The notes under the pieces: model-generated
The model's database searches: none
The model's input: the letters and a program-made list of their open reading frames with translations, nothing else
What the model was told of the DNA's origin: nothing
Program-made: the position numbers and the translations under genes
Shown here: positions 15,370-32,847 of the stretch, piece by piece
How positions within the stretch are numbered: position 1 is the first letter of the stretch
How the letters are laid out: the number at the start of each line of letters is the position of its first letter
Assembly (NCBI RefSeq): GCF_044647545.1
Contig: NZ_CP172818.1
Source of the DNA: Escherichia coli
GTDB taxonomy: Bacteria; Pseudomonadota; Gammaproteobacteria; Enterobacterales; Enterobacteriaceae
Direction: 5' to 3' (one strand)
DNA: 64,000 nt

Positions 15370-15436
15370 AAAAGGGGAACTCCTGCGCAAAAGTCAGCAA
15401 TTTTATTTTCCCTATATTAAGTCAATAATTCCTAAC

Positions 15437-15663
15437 GATGAAGCAAGGAGGTGCCCCATGCGTCAGTTTTATCAGCACTATTTTACCGCGACAGCGAAGT
15501 TGTGCTGGTTGCGTTGGTTAAGCGTCCCACAACGATTAACTATGCTGAAGAACTGATGCAGTGGGAGGGGAGTCATTCTGACTACTGATTTGCGGACATC
15601 ATGTGTGACTGAGTATTGGTGCTAATCGCCACGCCAGCAGTGATTATTGCTGGCTTTTTTCTT
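15437..15663 (+). ncRNA. sgrS: small RNA SgrS (glucose-phosphate stress)
   Basis: Starts gatgaagcaagg 67 bp from the divergent sgrR start; conserved seed gtgtgactgagtattggtg at 15602..15620; hairpin ccagcag/ctgctgg plus T-run at 15633..15663. Confidence 0.8.
15458..15556 (+). CDS. sgrT: small protein SgrT encoded within sgrS, 32 codons here
   Basis: ATG after ggagg RBS; MRQFYQHYFTATAKLCWLRWLSVPQRLTMLKN; shorter than the 43 aa I recall for K-12. Confidence 0.6.
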   Translation: MRQFYQHYFTATAKLCWLRWLSVPQRLTMLKN

Positions 15664-15687
15664 TGGCGATTGAGCCGACGGGACAAA

Positions 15688-17704
<2,017 letters not shown>

Positions 17705-17706
17705 GA

Positions 17707-20369
<2,663 letters not shown>

Positions 20370-20410
20370 GGTTTGGGTCCTTGTCTCTTTTTGAGCGCCT
20401 CGCTTCGGGC

Positions 20411-20445
20411 ATAAAAAAACCCGCGCAATGGCGCGGGTTTTTTGT
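20411..20445 (-). terminator. leu operon attenuator terminator
   Basis: GC hairpin cccgcgc/gcgcggg followed by a U-run on the minus strand, between leuL and leuA. Confidence 0.8.
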
Positions 20446-20461
20446 TTGACTGCGTGCTGGC

Positions 20462-20548
20462 TTAATGCTGAATGCCGCTCACTCGTCTACCGCGCAAAGA
20501 AGATGCGTTTAGTAGTAGTAGACCGATAAAGCGAACGATGTGAGTCAT
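20462..20548 (-). CDS. leuL: leu operon leader peptide
   Basis: My translation: [28 protein letters not shown] with four consecutive Leu codons (cta cta cta ctc). Confidence 0.9.
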   Translation of the reverse strand: MTHIVRFIGLLLLNASSLRGRRVSGIQH

Positions 20549-20649
20549 TAAATCAGCTCCAGATGAATACGATATGCTTTTAGAGTTACTGGATACAAAA
20601 ACGGATGTCAACCCTGACGCAACAAAAACGTTCCGCCAGAGTGAGTTCT

Positions 20650-21200
20650 GCATTCGTCAAATTAGCTAATTGTGCTGCGGTGGTTAAAACAAGCGATATT
20701 AATTTCTGCTTAACCACCGACGCTTTTCATCGGTTGACATATTTCAGAATAAATTTTTGCATCTAATCAACGAGGAAAAGGGGGATAAAATGCACGCGTT
20801 ACAAAACCTATCTTGATGATTTGTATTGAATTATATGCTTTGCTAATTTTTTGATATTCATTTGGTGAATATTATTGTTCGATTAATGTTAAGAATTAAT
20901 GCATTAAACATATAAATTAATTATTAAAAAAGCACATTTAATCCATTTTGTGGATGATTGAGTATTCGCGGTAGTTATGATTAGATTGTTTTCGCAACAA
21001 AAACATTATGGATTATTATGCTGCGGTAAATGACGCTTTACTCGGCAATGGGTTCTGTTTTTATAAGAACCCGTATCTTTATGTTTTCCTAATTTTTCTC
21101 ATTTTCCTTTTTCTTATTTTATATGCATGATAAATCATATTCTCGAGGATTATTTCTCTGCATTCCAATAAGGGAAAGGGAGTTAAGTGTGACAGTGGAG
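20650..21200. promoter_or_regulatory. AT-rich leuL–leuO intergenic control region
   Basis: Markedly AT-rich, curved-DNA-like sequence upstream of leuO; this region is known to be H-NS silenced; individual sites not mapped. Confidence 0.5.
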
Positions 21201-21206
21201 TAAAGT

Positions 21207-22151
21207 ATGCCAGAGGTACAAACAGATCAACCAGAGACGGCGGAGTTAAGCAAGCCACAACTACGCATGGTCGATCTCAACTTATTAACCGTTTTCGATG
21301 CCGTGATGCAGGAGCAAAACATCACCCGTGCCGCTCATGTTCTGGGGATGTCGCAACCTGCGGTCAGTAACGCGGTTGCACGCCTGAAGGTGATGTTTAA
21401 TGACGAGCTTTTTGTTCGTTATGGCCGTGGCATTCAACCGACTGCTCGCGCATTTCAACTTTTTGGTTCAGTTCGTCAGGCATTGCAATTAGTACAAAAT
21501 GAATTGCCAGGTTCAGGTTTTGAACCCGCGAGCAGTGAACGTGTATTTCATCTTTGTGTTTGCAGTCCGTTAGACAGCATTCTGACCTCGCAGATTTATA
21601 ATCACATTGAGCAAACTGCGCCAAATATACATGTTATGTTCAAGTCTTCATTAAATCAGAACACTGAACATCAACTGCGTTATCAGGAAACGGAGTTTGT
21701 GATTAGTTATGAAGACTTCCATCGTCCTGAATTTACCAGTGTGCCATTATTTAAAGATGAAATGGTGCTGGTAGCCAGCAAAAATCATCCAACAATTAAA
21801 GGCCCGTTACTGAAACATGATGTTTATAACGAACAACATGCGGCAGTTTCGCTCGATCGTTTCGCGTCATTTAGTCAACCGTGGTATGACACGGTAGATA
21901 AACAAGCCAGTATCGCGTATCAGGGCATGGCAATGATGAGTGTACTGAGCGTGGTGTCGCAAACGCATCTGGTCGCTATTGCGCCGCGTTGGTTGGCTGA
22001 AGAGTTCGCTGAATCCTTAGAGTTACAGGTATTACCGCTGCCGTTAAAACAAAACAGCAGAACCTGTTATCTCTCCTGGCATGAAGCTGCCGGGCGCGAT
22101 AAAGGCCATCAGTGGATGGAAGAGCAATTAGTCTCAATTTGCAAACGCTAA
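21207..22151 (+). CDS. leuO: LysR-family transcriptional regulator LeuO
   Basis: 314-aa ORF with N-terminal HTH ([38 protein letters not shown]). Confidence 0.9.
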   Translation: MPEVQTDQPETAELSKPQLRMVDLNLLTVFDAVMQEQNITRAAHVLGMSQPAVSNAVARLKVMFNDELFVRYGRGIQPTARAFQLFGSVRQALQLVQNELPGSGFEPASSERVFHLCVCSPLDSILTSQIYNHIEQTAPNIHVMFKSSLNQNTEHQLRYQETEFVISYEDFHRPEFTSVPLFKDEMVLVASKNHPTIKGPLLKHDVYNEQHAAVSLDRFASFSQPWYDTVDKQASIAYQGMAMMSVLSVVSQTHLVAIAPRWLAEEFAESLELQVLPLPLKQNSRTCYLSWHEAAGRDKGHQWMEEQLVSICKR

Positions 22152-22154
22152 CTG

Positions 22155-22205
22155 AATGCAGAATAGGTCAGACATCAATGTCTGGTTTATTCTGCATTTT
22201 TTATT
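22155..22205 (+). terminator. leuO terminator hairpin
   Basis: aatgcagaata...tattctgcatttttt inverted repeat plus T-run directly after the leuO stop. Confidence 0.6.
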
Positions 22206-22468
22206 TAATGTAGGATTTTATTCTGAATGTGTGTTCTCTCTATTTTAGGATTAATTAAAAAAATAGAGAAATTGCTGTAAGTTGTAGGATTCAGCCGATT
22301 TATTATCAATTTAATCCTCTGTAATGGAGGATTTTATCGTTTCTTTTCACCTTTCCTCCTGTTTATTCTTATTACACCGTGTTTATGTCTCTGTCTGCCA
22401 ATTGCTTAAGCAAGATCGGACGGTTAATGTGTTTTACACATTTTTTCCGTCAAACAGTGAGGCAGGCC

Positions 22469-24193
22469 ATGGAGATGTTGTCTGGAGCCGAGATGGTCGT
22501 CCGATCGCTTATCGATCAGGGCGTTAAACAAGTATTCGGTTATCCCGGAGGCGCGGTCCTTGATATTTACGATGCATTGCATACCGTGGGTGGTATCGAT
22601 CATGTTTTAGTTCGTCATGAGCAGGCGGCGGTGCATATGGCCGATGGTCTGGCGCGCGCGACCGGGGAAGTCGGCGTCGTGCTGGTAACGTCGGGTCCAG
22701 GGGCGACCAATGCGATTACTGGCATTGCTACCGCTTATATGGATTCCATTCCCTTAGTTGTCCTTTCCGGGCAGGTAGCGACCTCGTTGATAGGCTACGA
22801 TGCCTTTCAGGAGTGCGACATGGTGGGGATTTCTCGCCCGGTGGTTAAACACAGTTTTCTGGTTAAGCAAACGGAAGACATTCCGCAGGTGCTGAAAAAG
22901 GCTTTCTGGCTGGCGGCAAGTGGTCGCCCTGGGCCCGTGGTCGTTGATTTACCCAAAGATATTCTTAATCCGGCGAACAAATTACCCTACGTCTGGCCGG
23001 AGTCGGTCAGTATGCGATCTTACAATCCCACGACCTCCGGGCATAAAGGGCAAATTAAGCGCGCTCTGCAAACGCTGGTGGCGGCAAAAAAACCGGTTGT
23101 CTATGTAGGCGGTGGGGCAATCACGGCGGGCTGTCATCAGCAGCTAAAAGAAACGGTGGAGGCGTTGAATCTGCCCGTTGTTTCCTCATTAATGGGGCTG
23201 GGGGCGTTTCCGGCAACGCATCGTCAGGCACTGGGCATGCTGGGAATGCACGGCACCTACGAAGCCAATATGACGATGCATAACGCGGATGTGATTTTTG
23301 CCGTCGGGGTGCGTTTTGATGACCGAACGACGAACAATCTGGCGAAGTACTGCCCAAATGCCACGGTTCTGCATATCGACATTGATCCTACTTCCATTTC
23401 TAAAACCGTGACTGCTGATATCCCGATTGTGGGGGATGCTCGCCAGGTCCTTGAACAAATGCTTGAACTCCTGTCGCAAGAATCCGTCCATCAACCGCTG
23501 GATGAGATCCGCGACTGGTGGCAACAGATTGAACAGTGGCGCGCTCGTCAGTGCCTGAAATATGACTCTCACAGTGAAAAGATTAAACCGCAGGCGGTGA
23601 TCGAGACTCTTTGGCGGTTGACGAAGGGAGACGCTTACGTGACGTCCGATGTCGGGCAGCACCAGATGTTTGCTGCGCTTTATTATCCATTCGACAAACC
23701 GCGTCGCTGGATCAACTCTGGCGGCCTCGGCACGATGGGGTTTGGTTTGCCTGCGGCACTGGGCGTCAAAATGGCGTTGCCAGAAGAAACCGTGGTTTGC
23801 GTCACTGGCGACGGCAGTATTCAGATGAACATCCAGGAACTGTCTACCGCCTTGCAATACGAGTTGCCGGTACTGGTGGTGAATCTCAATAACCGCTATC
23901 TGGGGATGGTGAAACAGTGGCAGGACATGATCTATTCCGGCCGTCATTCACAATCTTATATGCAATCGCTACCCGATTTCGTTCGTCTGGCGGAAGCCTA
24001 TGGTCACGTCGGGATCCAGATTTCTCATCCGCAAGAACTGGAAAGCAAACTTAGCGAGGCGCTGGAACAGGTGCGCAATAATCGCCTAGTGTTTGTTGAT
24101 GTCACCGTCGATGGCAGTGAGCACGTCTACCCGATGCAGATTCGCGGGGGCGGAATGGATGAAATGTGGTTAAGCAAAACGGAGAGAACCTGA
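22469..24193 (+). CDS. ilvI: acetolactate synthase III large subunit
   Basis: Track ORF 22379..24193; start set at [14 protein letters not shown] (574 aa); TPP-dependent enzyme. Confidence 0.9.
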   Translation: MEMLSGAEMVVRSLIDQGVKQVFGYPGGAVLDIYDALHTVGGIDHVLVRHEQAAVHMADGLARATGEVGVVLVTSGPGATNAITGIATAYMDSIPLVVLSGQVATSLIGYDAFQECDMVGISRPVVKHSFLVKQTEDIPQVLKKAFWLAASGRPGPVVVDLPKDILNPANKLPYVWPESVSMRSYNPTTSGHKGQIKRALQTLVAAKKPVVYVGGGAITAGCHQQLKETVEALNLPVVSSLMGLGAFPATHRQALGMLGMHGTYEANMTMHNADVIFAVGVRFDDRTTNNLAKYCPNATVLHIDIDPTSISKTVTADIPIVGDARQVLEQMLELLSQESVHQPLDEIRDWWQQIEQWRARQCLKYDSHSEKIKPQAVIETLWRLTKGDAYVTSDVGQHQMFAALYYPFDKPRRWINSGGLGTMGFGLPAALGVKMALPEETVVCVTGDGSIQMNIQELSTALQYELPVLVVNLNNRYLGMVKQWQDMIYSGRHSQSYMQSLPDFVRLAEAYGHVGIQISHPQELESKLSEALEQVRNNRLVFVDVTVDGSEHVYPMQIRGGGMDEMWLSKTERT

Positions 24194-24195
24194 TT

Positions 24196-24687
24196 ATGCG
24201 CCGGATATTATCAGTCTTACTCGAAAATGAATCAGGCGCGTTATCCCGCGTGATTGGCCTTTTTTCCCAGCGTGGCTACAACATTGAAAGCCTGACCGTT
24301 GCGCCAACCGACGATCCGACATTATCGCGTATGACCATCCAGACCGTGGGCGATGAAAAAGTGCTTGAGCAGATCGAAAAGCAATTACACAAGCTGGTCG
24401 ATGTATTACGCGTGAGCGAGTTGGGGCAGGGGGCGCATGTTGAGCGGGAAATCATGCTGGTGAAAATTCAGGCCAGCGGCTACGGGCGTGACGAAGTGAA
24501 ACGTAATACGGAAATATTCCGTGGGCAAATTATCGATGTCACACCCTCGCTTTATACCGTTCAATTAGCAGGTACCAGCGATAAGCTTGATGCATTTTTA
24601 GCATCGATTCGCGATGTGGCGAAAATTGTGGAAGTTGCTCGCTCTGGTGTGGTCGGACTTTCGCGCGGCGAAAAAATAATGCGTTGA
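24196..24687 (+). CDS. ilvH: acetolactate synthase III small (regulatory) subunit
   Basis: Start set at [19 protein letters not shown] (163 aa), ACT domain. Confidence 0.9.
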
Positions 24688-24710
24688 GAATGATCTCAAT
24701 GCGCAATTTG

Positions 24711-24740
24711 CAGCCCAACATGTCACGTTGGGCTTTTTTT
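24711..24740 (+). terminator. ilvIH terminator
   Basis: cagcccaac...gttgggc hairpin followed by ttttttt. Confidence 0.6.
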
Positions 24741-24866
24741 GCGAAATCAGTGGGAACCTGGAATAAAAGCAGTTGCCGCAGTTAATTTTCTGCGCTTAGA
24801 TGTTAATGAATTTAACCCATACCAGTACAATGGCTATGGTTTTTACATTTTACGCAAGGGGCAATT

Positions 24867-25871
24867 GTGAAACTGGATGAAATCGCTCGGCTGGCGGGAG
24901 TGTCGCGGACCACTGCAAGCTATGTTATTAACGGCAAAGCGAAGCAATACCGTGTGAGCGACAAAACCGTTGAAAAAGTCATGGCTGTGGTGCGTGAGCA
25001 CAATTACCACCCGAACGCCGTGGCAGCTGGGCTTCGTGCTGGACGCACACGTTCTATTGGTCTTGTGATCCCCGATCTGGAGAACACCAGCTATACCCGC
25101 ATCGCTAACTATCTTGAACGCCAGGCGCGGCAAAGGGGTTATCAACTGCTGATTGCCTGCTCGGAAGATCAGCCCGACAACGAAATGCGTTGTATCGAGC
25201 ATCTTTTGCAGCGTCAGGTTGATGCCATTATTGTTTCGACGTCGTTGCCACCTGAGCATCCTTTTTATCAACGCTGGGCTAACGACCCGTTCCCGATTGT
25301 CGCGCTGGACCGCGCCCTCGATCGTGAACATTTCACCAGCGTGGTTGGTGCCGATCAGGATGATGCCGAAATGCTGGCGGAAGAGTTACGTAAGTTTCCC
25401 GCCGAGACGGTACTTTATCTTGGCGCGCTGCCGGAGCTTTCTGTCAGCTTCCTGCGTGAACAAGGTTTCCGTACTGCCTGGAAAGATGATCCGCGCGAAG
25501 TGCATTTCCTTTATGCCAACAGCTATGAGCGGGAGGCGGCTGCCCAGTTATTCGAAAAATGGCTGGAAACGCATCCGATGCCGCAGGCACTGTTCACAAC
25601 GTCGTTTGCGTTGTTGCAAGGGGTGATGGATGTCACGCTACGTCGTGACGGCAAACTGCCTTCTGACCTGGCAATTGCCACCTTTGGCGATAACGAACTG
25701 CTCGACTTCTTACAGTGCCCGGTGCTGGCAGTGGCTCAACGTCACCGCGATGTCGCAGAGCGTGTGCTGGAGATTGTCCTGGCAAGCCTGGACGAACCGC
25801 GTAAGCCAAAACCTGGTTTAACGCGCATTAAACGTAATCTCTATCGCCGCGGCGTGCTCAGCCGTAGCTAA
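24867..25871 (+). CDS. cra: catabolite repressor/activator Cra (FruR), LacI family
   Basis: 334-aa ORF from a GTG start, [23 protein letters not shown]... Confidence 0.9.
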   Translation: MKLDEIARLAGVSRTTASYVINGKAKQYRVSDKTVEKVMAVVREHNYHPNAVAAGLRAGRTRSIGLVIPDLENTSYTRIANYLERQARQRGYQLLIACSEDQPDNEMRCIEHLLQRQVDAIIVSTSLPPEHPFYQRWANDPFPIVALDRALDREHFTSVVGADQDDAEMLAEELRKFPAETVLYLGALPELSVSFLREQGFRTAWKDDPREVHFLYANSYEREAAAQLFEKWLETHPMPQALFTTSFALLQGVMDVTLRRDGKLPSDLAIATFGDNELLDFLQCPVLAVAQRHRDVAERVLEIVLASLDEPRKPKPGLTRIKRNLYRRGVLSRS

Positions 25872-26472
25872 GCCGCGAACAAAAATACGCGCCAGGTGAA
25901 TTTCTCTCTGGCGCGTTGAGTACGGGAATGGACATCAATATCCTTAAAGTAAATAAGACTATTCCTGGCTATTATTGATAAATGCTTTTAAACCTGCCCG
26001 TTAATTACCTCACCAGCTGAAATTCACAATAATTAAGTGATATCGATAGCGCGTTTTTGCATTATTTTGTTACATGCAGAGATGAATTGCCGATTTAACA
26101 AACACTTTTCTTTGCTTTTGCGCAAACCCGCTGGCATCAAGCGCCACACAGACGCAACAGGGACTGTTAACCGGGGAAGATATGTCCTAAAATGCCGCTC
26201 GCGTCGCAAACTGACACTTTATATTTGCTGTGGAAAATAGTGAGTCATTTTAAAACGGTGATGACGATGAGGGATTTTTTCTTACAGCTATTCATAACGT
26301 TAATTTGCTTCGCACGTTGGACGTAAAATAAACAACGCTGATATTAGCCGTAAACATCGGGTTTTTTACCTCGGTATGCCTTGTGACTGGCTTGACAAGC
26401 TTTTCCTCCGCTCCGTAAACTCCTTTCAGTGGGAAATTGTGGGGCAAAGTGGGAATAAGGGGTGAGGCTGGC

Positions 26473-26931
26473 ATGTTCCGGGGAGCAACGTTAGTCAATC
26501 TCGACAGCAAAGGGCGCTTATCAGTGCCTACCCGTTATCGGGAACAGCTGCTTGAGAACGCTGCCGGTCAAATGGTTTGCACCATTGACATTCATCACCC
26601 GTGCCTGCTGCTTTACCCCCTGCCTGAATGGGAAATTATCGAGCAAAAATTATCGCGTCTGTCGAGCATGAACCCGGTTGAGCGCCGTGTGCAGCGCCTA
26701 CTGTTAGGTCATGCCAGCGAATGTCAGATGGATGGCGCAGGTCGATTGTTAATCGCGCCAGTACTGCGGCAACATGCCGGGCTGACAAAAGAAGTGATGC
26801 TGGTTGGACAGTTCAACAAGTTTGAGCTGTGGGATGAAACAACCTGGCATCAACAGGTCAAGGAAGATATCGACGCAGAGCAGTTGGCTACTGGAGACTT
26901 ATCGGAGCGACTGCAGGACTTGTCTCTATAA
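26473..26931 (+). CDS. mraZ: transcriptional regulator MraZ
   Basis: Start set at [19 protein letters not shown] (152 aa); first gene of the dcw cluster. Confidence 0.9.
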
Positions 26932-26932
26932 A

Positions 26933-27874
26933 ATGATGGAAAACTATAAACATACTACGGTGCTGCTGGATGAAGCCGTTAATGGCCTCAATATCCGTCC
27001 TGATGGCATCTACATTGATGGGACTTTTGGTCGCGGTGGTCACTCACGTCTGATCCTCTCGCAGCTTGGCGAAGAGGGGCGTTTGCTGGCGATCGATCGC
27101 GACCCGCAGGCTATCGCCGTTGCGAAGACTATTGATGATCCGCGCTTCTCCATCATCCACGGACCTTTCTCCGCGCTGGGCGAATACGTTGCCGAGCGCG
27201 ATCTTATCGGCAAGATCGACGGCATTCTCCTCGATCTTGGCGTCTCTTCACCGCAACTTGATGATGCTGAACGCGGCTTTTCCTTTATGCGCGATGGTCC
27301 GCTGGACATGCGTATGGACCCAACCCGTGGGCAGTCAGCCGCTGAATGGCTACAAACCGCAGAAGAAGCCGATATCGCCTGGGTATTGAAAACCTATGGT
27401 GAAGAGCGTTTTGCCAAACGCATTGCCCGCGCCATTGTCGAGCGTAACCGCGAACAGCCGATGACCCGCACCAAAGAACTGGCGGAAGTCGTGGCTGCTG
27501 CAACGCCGGTGAAAGATAAGTTTAAACATCCCGCGACCCGTACCTTCCAGGCGGTGCGCATTTGGGTAAACAGTGAACTGGAGGAGATAGAGCAGGCGCT
27601 AAAAAGCTCGCTCAACGTGCTGGCCCCGGGTGGGCGGCTTTCGATCATCAGCTTCCACTCGCTGGAAGACCGTATTGTGAAACGTTTTATGCGTGAAAAC
27701 AGCCGCGGTCCGCAAGTTCCGGCAGGGTTACCGATGACTGAAGAGCAGCTCAAAAAACTGGGTGGCCGTCAGCTGCGAGCACTAGGCAAGTTAATGCCGG
27801 GTGAAGAAGAGGTGGCTGAGAACCCTCGTGCCCGTAGTTCAGTTCTGCGTATTGCAGAGAGGACGAACGCATGA
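26933..27874 (+). CDS. rsmH: 16S rRNA m4C1402 methyltransferase RsmH (MraW)
   Basis: Start set at [16 protein letters not shown] (313 aa). Confidence 0.9.
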
Positions 27875-28236
27875 TCAGCAGAGTGACAGAAGCTCTAAGC
27901 AAAGTTAAAGGATCGATGGGAAGCCACGAGCGCCATGCATTGCCTGGTGTTATCGGTGATGATCTTTTGCGATTTGGGAAGCTGCCACTCTGCCTGTTCA
28001 TTTGCATTATTTTGACGGCGGTGACCGTGGTAACCACGGCGCACCATACCCGTTTACTGACCGCTCAGCGCGAACAACTGGTGCTGGAGCGAGATGCTTT
28101 AGACATTGAATGGCGCAACCTGATCCTTGAAGAGAATGCGCTCGGCGACCATAGCCGGGTGGAAAGGATCGCCACGGAAAAGCTGCAAATGCAGCATGTT
28201 GATCCGTCACAAGAAAATATCGTAGTGCAAAAATAA
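27871..28236 (+). CDS. ftsL: cell division protein FtsL
   Basis: 121-aa ORF with a single transmembrane segment and coiled coil; 4-bp overlap with rsmH. Confidence 0.9.
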
Positions 28237-28251
28237 GGATAAACGCGACGC

Positions 28252-30018
28252 ATGAAAGCAGCGGCGAAAACGCAGAAACCAAAACGTCAGGAAGAACATG
28301 CCAACTTTATCAGTTGGCGTTTTGCGTTGTTATGCGGCTGTATTCTCCTGGCGCTGGCTTTTCTGCTCGGACGCGTAGCGTGGTTACAAGTTATCTCCCC
28401 GGATATGCTGGTAAAAGAGGGCGACATGCGTTCTCTTCGCGTTCAGCAAGTTTCCACCTCCCGCGGCATGATTACTGACCGTTCTGGTCGCCCGTTAGCG
28501 GTGAGCGTGCCGGTAAAAGCGATTTGGGCTGACCCGAAAGAAGTGCATGACGCTGGCGGTATCAGCGTCGGTGATCGCTGGAAGGCGCTGGCTAACGCAC
28601 TCAATATTCCGCTGGATCAGCTTTCAGCCCGCATTAACGCCAACCCGAAAGGGCGCTTTATTTATCTGGCGCGTCAGGTAAACCCTGACATGGCAGAGTA
28701 CATCAAAAAACTGAAACTGCCGGGGATTCATCTGCGTGAAGAATCTCGCCGTTATTATCCATCCGGCGAAGTGACCGCTCACCTCATCGGCTTTACTAAC
28801 GTCGATAGTCAGGGGATTGAGGGCGTCGAGAAGAGTTTCGATAAATGGCTTACCGGGCAGCCGGGTGAGCGCATTGTGCGTAAAGACCGCTATGGTCGCG
28901 TAATTGAAGATATCTCTTCCACCGACAGTCAGGCGGCGCACAACCTGGCGCTGAGTATTGATGAACGCCTGCAGGCGCTGGTTTATCGCGAACTGAACAA
29001 CGCGGTGGCCTTTAACAAAGCTGAATCTGGTAGCGCCGTGCTGGTGGATGTCAACACCGGTGAAGTGCTGGCGATGGCTAACAGCCCGTCATACAACCCA
29101 AACAATCTGAGTGGCACGCCGAAAGAGGCGATGCGTAACCGTACCATCACTGACGTGTTTGAACCGGGTTCAACGGTTAAACCGATGGTGGTGATGACCG
29201 CGTTGCAACGTGGCGTAGTGCGGGAAAACTCGGTACTGAATACCGTTCCTTATCGAATTAACGGCCACGAAATCAAAGACGTGGCACGCTACAGCGAATT
29301 AACCCTGACCGGGGTATTACAGAAGTCGAGTAACGTCGGTGTTTCCAAGCTGGCGTTAGCGATGCCGTCCTCAGCGTTAGTAGATACTTACTCACGTTTT
29401 GGACTGGGAAAAGCGACCAATTTGGGGTTGGTCGGAGAACGCAGTGGCTTATATCCTCAAAAACAACGGTGGTCTGACATAGAGAGGGCCACCTTCTCTT
29501 TCGGCTACGGGCTAATGGTAACACCGTTACAGTTAGCGCGAGTCTACGCAACTATCGGCAGCTACGGCATTTATCGCCCACTGTCGATTACCAAAGTTGA
29601 CCCCCCGGTTCCCGGTGAACGAGTCTTCCCGGAATCCATTGTTCGCACCGTGGTGCATATGATGGAAAGCGTGGCGCTACCGGGCGGCGGCGGCGTGAAG
29701 GCGGCGATTAAAGGCTATCGTATCGCCATTAAAACCGGTACCGCGAAAAAGGTCGGGCCGGACGGTCGCTACATCAATAAATATATTGCTTATACCGCAG
29801 GCGTTGCGCCTGCGAGTCAGCCGCGCTTCGCGCTGGTTGTTGTTATCAACGATCCGCAGGCGGGTAAATACTACGGCGGCGCCGTTTCCGCGCCGGTCTT
29901 TGGTGCCATCATGGGCGGCGTATTGCGTACCATGAACATCGAACCGGATGCGCTGACAACGGGCGATAAAAATGAATTTGTGATTAATCAAGGCGAGGGG
30001 ACAGGTGGCAGATCGTAA
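28252..30018 (+). CDS. ftsI: peptidoglycan D,D-transpeptidase FtsI (PBP3)
   Basis: 588-aa ORF with STVK, SSN and KTGT motifs. Confidence 0.95.
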
Positions 30019-31492
30019 TTTGCGCGACCTTCTTGCTCCGTGGGTGCCAGACGCACCTTCGCGAGCACTGCGAGAGATGACACTCGACAGCCGTGTGGCT
30101 GCGGCGGGCGATCTCTTTGTAGCTGTAGTAGGTCATCAGGCGGACGGGCGTCGATATATCCCGCAGGCGATAGCGCAAGGTGTGGCTGCCATTATTGCAG
30201 AGGCGAAAGATGAGGCGACCGACGGTGAAATCCGTGAAATGCACGGCGTACCGGTCATCTATCTCAGCCAGCTCAACGAGCGTTTATCTGCACTGGCGGG
30301 CCGCTTTTACCATGAACCCTCTGACAATTTACGTCTCGTGGGCGTAACGGGCACCAACGGCAAAACCACGACGACCCAGCTGCTGGCGCAGTGGAGCCAA
30401 CTGCTTGGCGAAACCAGCGCGGTAATGGGCACCGTTGGTAACGGCCTGCTGGGGAAAGTGATCCCGACAGAAAATACAACCGGTTCGGCAGTCGATGTTC
30501 AGCATGAGCTGGCGGGGCTGGTGGATCAGGGCGCGACTTTTTGCGCAATGGAAGTTTCCTCCCACGGACTGGTACAGCACCGTGTGACGGCATTGAAATT
30601 TGCGGCGTCGGTCTTTACCAACTTAAGCCGCGATCACCTTGATTATCATGGTGATATGGAACACTACGAAGCCGCGAAATGGCTGCTTTATTCTGAGCAT
30701 CATTGCGGTCAGGCGATTATTAACGCCGACGATGAAGTGGGCCGCCGCTGGCTGGCAAAACTGCCGGACGCGGTTGCGGTATCAATGGAAGATCATATCA
30801 ATCCGAACTGTCACGGACGCTGGTTGAAAGCGACAGAAGTGAACTATCACGACAGCGGTGCGACGATTCGCTTTAGCTCAAGCTGGGGCGATGGCGAAAT
30901 TGAAAGCCATCTGATGGGCGCTTTTAACGTCAGCAACTTGCTGCTGGCGCTGGCGACGCTGCTGGCGCTGGGCTATCCGTTGGCTGACCTGCTGAAAACT
31001 GCCGCACGCCTGCAGCCGGTTTGTGGACGTATGGAAGTGTTCACTGCGCCAGGCAAACCGACGGTAGTGGTGGATTACGCGCATACACCGGATGCACTGG
31101 AAAAAGCCTTACAGGCGGCGCGCCTGCACTGTGCGGGCAAGCTGTGGTGCGTCTTTGGCTGTGGTGGCGATCGTGATAAAGGCAAACGTCCACTGATGGG
31201 CGCAATTGCTGAAGAGTTCGCTGACGTGGCGGTGGTGACGGACGATAACCCGCGTACCGAAGAACCGCGTGCCATCATCAACGATATTCTGGCGGGAATG
31301 TTAGATGCCGGACATGCCAAAGTGATGGAAGGCCGTGCTGAAGCGGTGACTTGCGCCGTTATGCAGGCTAAAGAGAATGATGTGGTACTGGTCGCGGGCA
31401 AAGGTCATGAGGATTACCAGATTGTTGGCAATCAGCGTCTGGACTACTCCGATCGCGTCACGGTGGCGCGTCTGCTGGGGGTGATTGCATGA
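30005..31492 (+). CDS. murE: UDP-MurNAc-tripeptide synthetase (meso-DAP adding enzyme)
   Basis: 495-aa Mur ligase, GTNGKTT P-loop. Confidence 0.95.
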
Positions 31493-32847
31493 TTAGCGTA
31501 ACCCTTAGCCAACTTACCGATATTCTCAACGGTGAACTAAAAGGGGCAGATATCACCCTTGATGCTGTAACCACAGACACACGAAAACTGACGCCGGGTT
31601 GCCTGTTTGTTGCCCTGAAAGGCGAACGTTTCGATGCCCATGATTTTGCTGACCAGGCGAAAGCTGGCGGAGCGGGTGCACTACTGGTTAACCGTCCGCT
31701 GGATATCGATCTGCCGCAGGTAATCGTCAAGGATACTCGTCTGGCGTTTGGTGAACTGGCTGCATGGGTTCGCCAGCAAGTTCCGGCGCGCGTGGTTGCT
31801 CTGACCGGTTCCTCCGGCAAAACCTCCGTTAAAGAGATGACGGCAGCGATTTTAAGCCAGTGTGGCAACACGCTTTATACGGCAGGCAATCTCAACAACG
31901 ACATCGGTGTACCGATGACGCTGTTGCGCTTAACGCCAGAGTACGATTACGCAGTAATTGAACTTGGCGCGAACCATCAGGGCGAAATTGCCTGGACTGT
32001 GAGTCTGACTCGCCCGGAAGCGGCGCTGGTCAACAACCTGGCAGCGGCGCATCTGGAAGGTTTTGGCTCGCTTGCGGGTGTCGCGAAAGCGAAAGGTGAA
32101 ATCTTTAGCGGCCTGCCGGAAAACGGTATCGCCATTATGAACGCCGACAACAACGACTGGCTGAACTGGCAGAGCGTAATTGGCTCACGCAAAGTGTGGC
32201 GTTTCTCACCTAATGCCGCCAACAGCGATTTCACCGCCACCAACATCCATGTGACTTCGCACGGTACGGAATTTACCCTGCAAACCCCAACCGGTAGCGT
32301 GGATGTTCTGCTGCCGTTGCCGGGGCGTCACAATATTGCGAATGCGCTGGCAGCCGCTGCGCTCTCCATGTCCGTGGGCGCAACGCTTGATGCTATCAAA
32401 GCGGGGCTGGCAAATCTGAAAGCTGTTCCAGGCCGTCTGTTCCCCATCCAACTGGCGGAAAACCAGTTGCTGCTCGACGACTCCTATAACGCCAATGTCG
32501 GTTCAATGACCGCAGCAGTCCAGGTACTGGCTGAAATGCCGGGCTACCGCGTGCTGGTGGTGGGCGATATGGCGGAACTGGGCGCTGAAAGCGAAGCCTG
32601 CCATATACAGGTGGGCGAAGCGGCAAAAGCAGCTGGTATTGACCGCGTGTTAAGCGTGGGCAAACAAAGCCATGCTATCAGCACTGCCAGCGGTGTTGGC
32701 GAACATTTTTCCGATAAAACTGCGCTTATCGCGCGTCTTAAATCACTGATTGCTGAGCAACAGGTAATTACGATTTTAGTTAAGGGTTCACGTAGTGCTG
32801 CCATGGAAGAGGTAGTACGCGCTTTACAGGAGAATGGGACATGTTAG
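31489..32847 (+). CDS. murF: UDP-MurNAc-pentapeptide synthetase (D-Ala-D-Ala adding enzyme)
   Basis: 452-aa Mur ligase, GSSGKTS motif. Confidence 0.95.
   Translation: MISVTLSQLTDILNGELKGADITLDAVTTDTRKLTPGCLFVALKGERFDAHDFADQAKAGGAGALLVNRPLDIDLPQVIVKDTRLAFGELAAWVRQQVPARVVALTGSSGKTSVKEMTAAILSQCGNTLYTAGNLNNDIGVPMTLLRLTPEYDYAVIELGANHQGEIAWTVSLTRPEAALVNNLAAAHLEGFGSLAGVAKAKGEIFSGLPENGIAIMNADNNDWLNWQSVIGSRKVWRFSPNAANSDFTATNIHVTSHGTEFTLQTPTGSVDVLLPLPGRHNIANALAAAALSMSVGATLDAIKAGLANLKAVPGRLFPIQLAENQLLLDDSYNANVGSMTAAVQVLAEMPGYRVLVVGDMAELGAESEACHIQVGEAAKAAGIDRVLSVGKQSHAISTASGVGEHFSDKTALIARLKSLIAEQQVITILVKGSRSAAMEEVVRALQENGTC

Noticed and set aside
20650-21200. AT-rich block upstream of leuO as a possible horizontally acquired island
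   Set aside because: This is the known native H-NS-silenced leuO regulatory region; the flanking gene order is canonical.
26037-26240. 67-aa ORF in the cra–mraZ intergenic region
   Set aside because: No RBS or conservation signal that I can see; the region is the known long mraZ promoter/leader spacer of K-12-like length.
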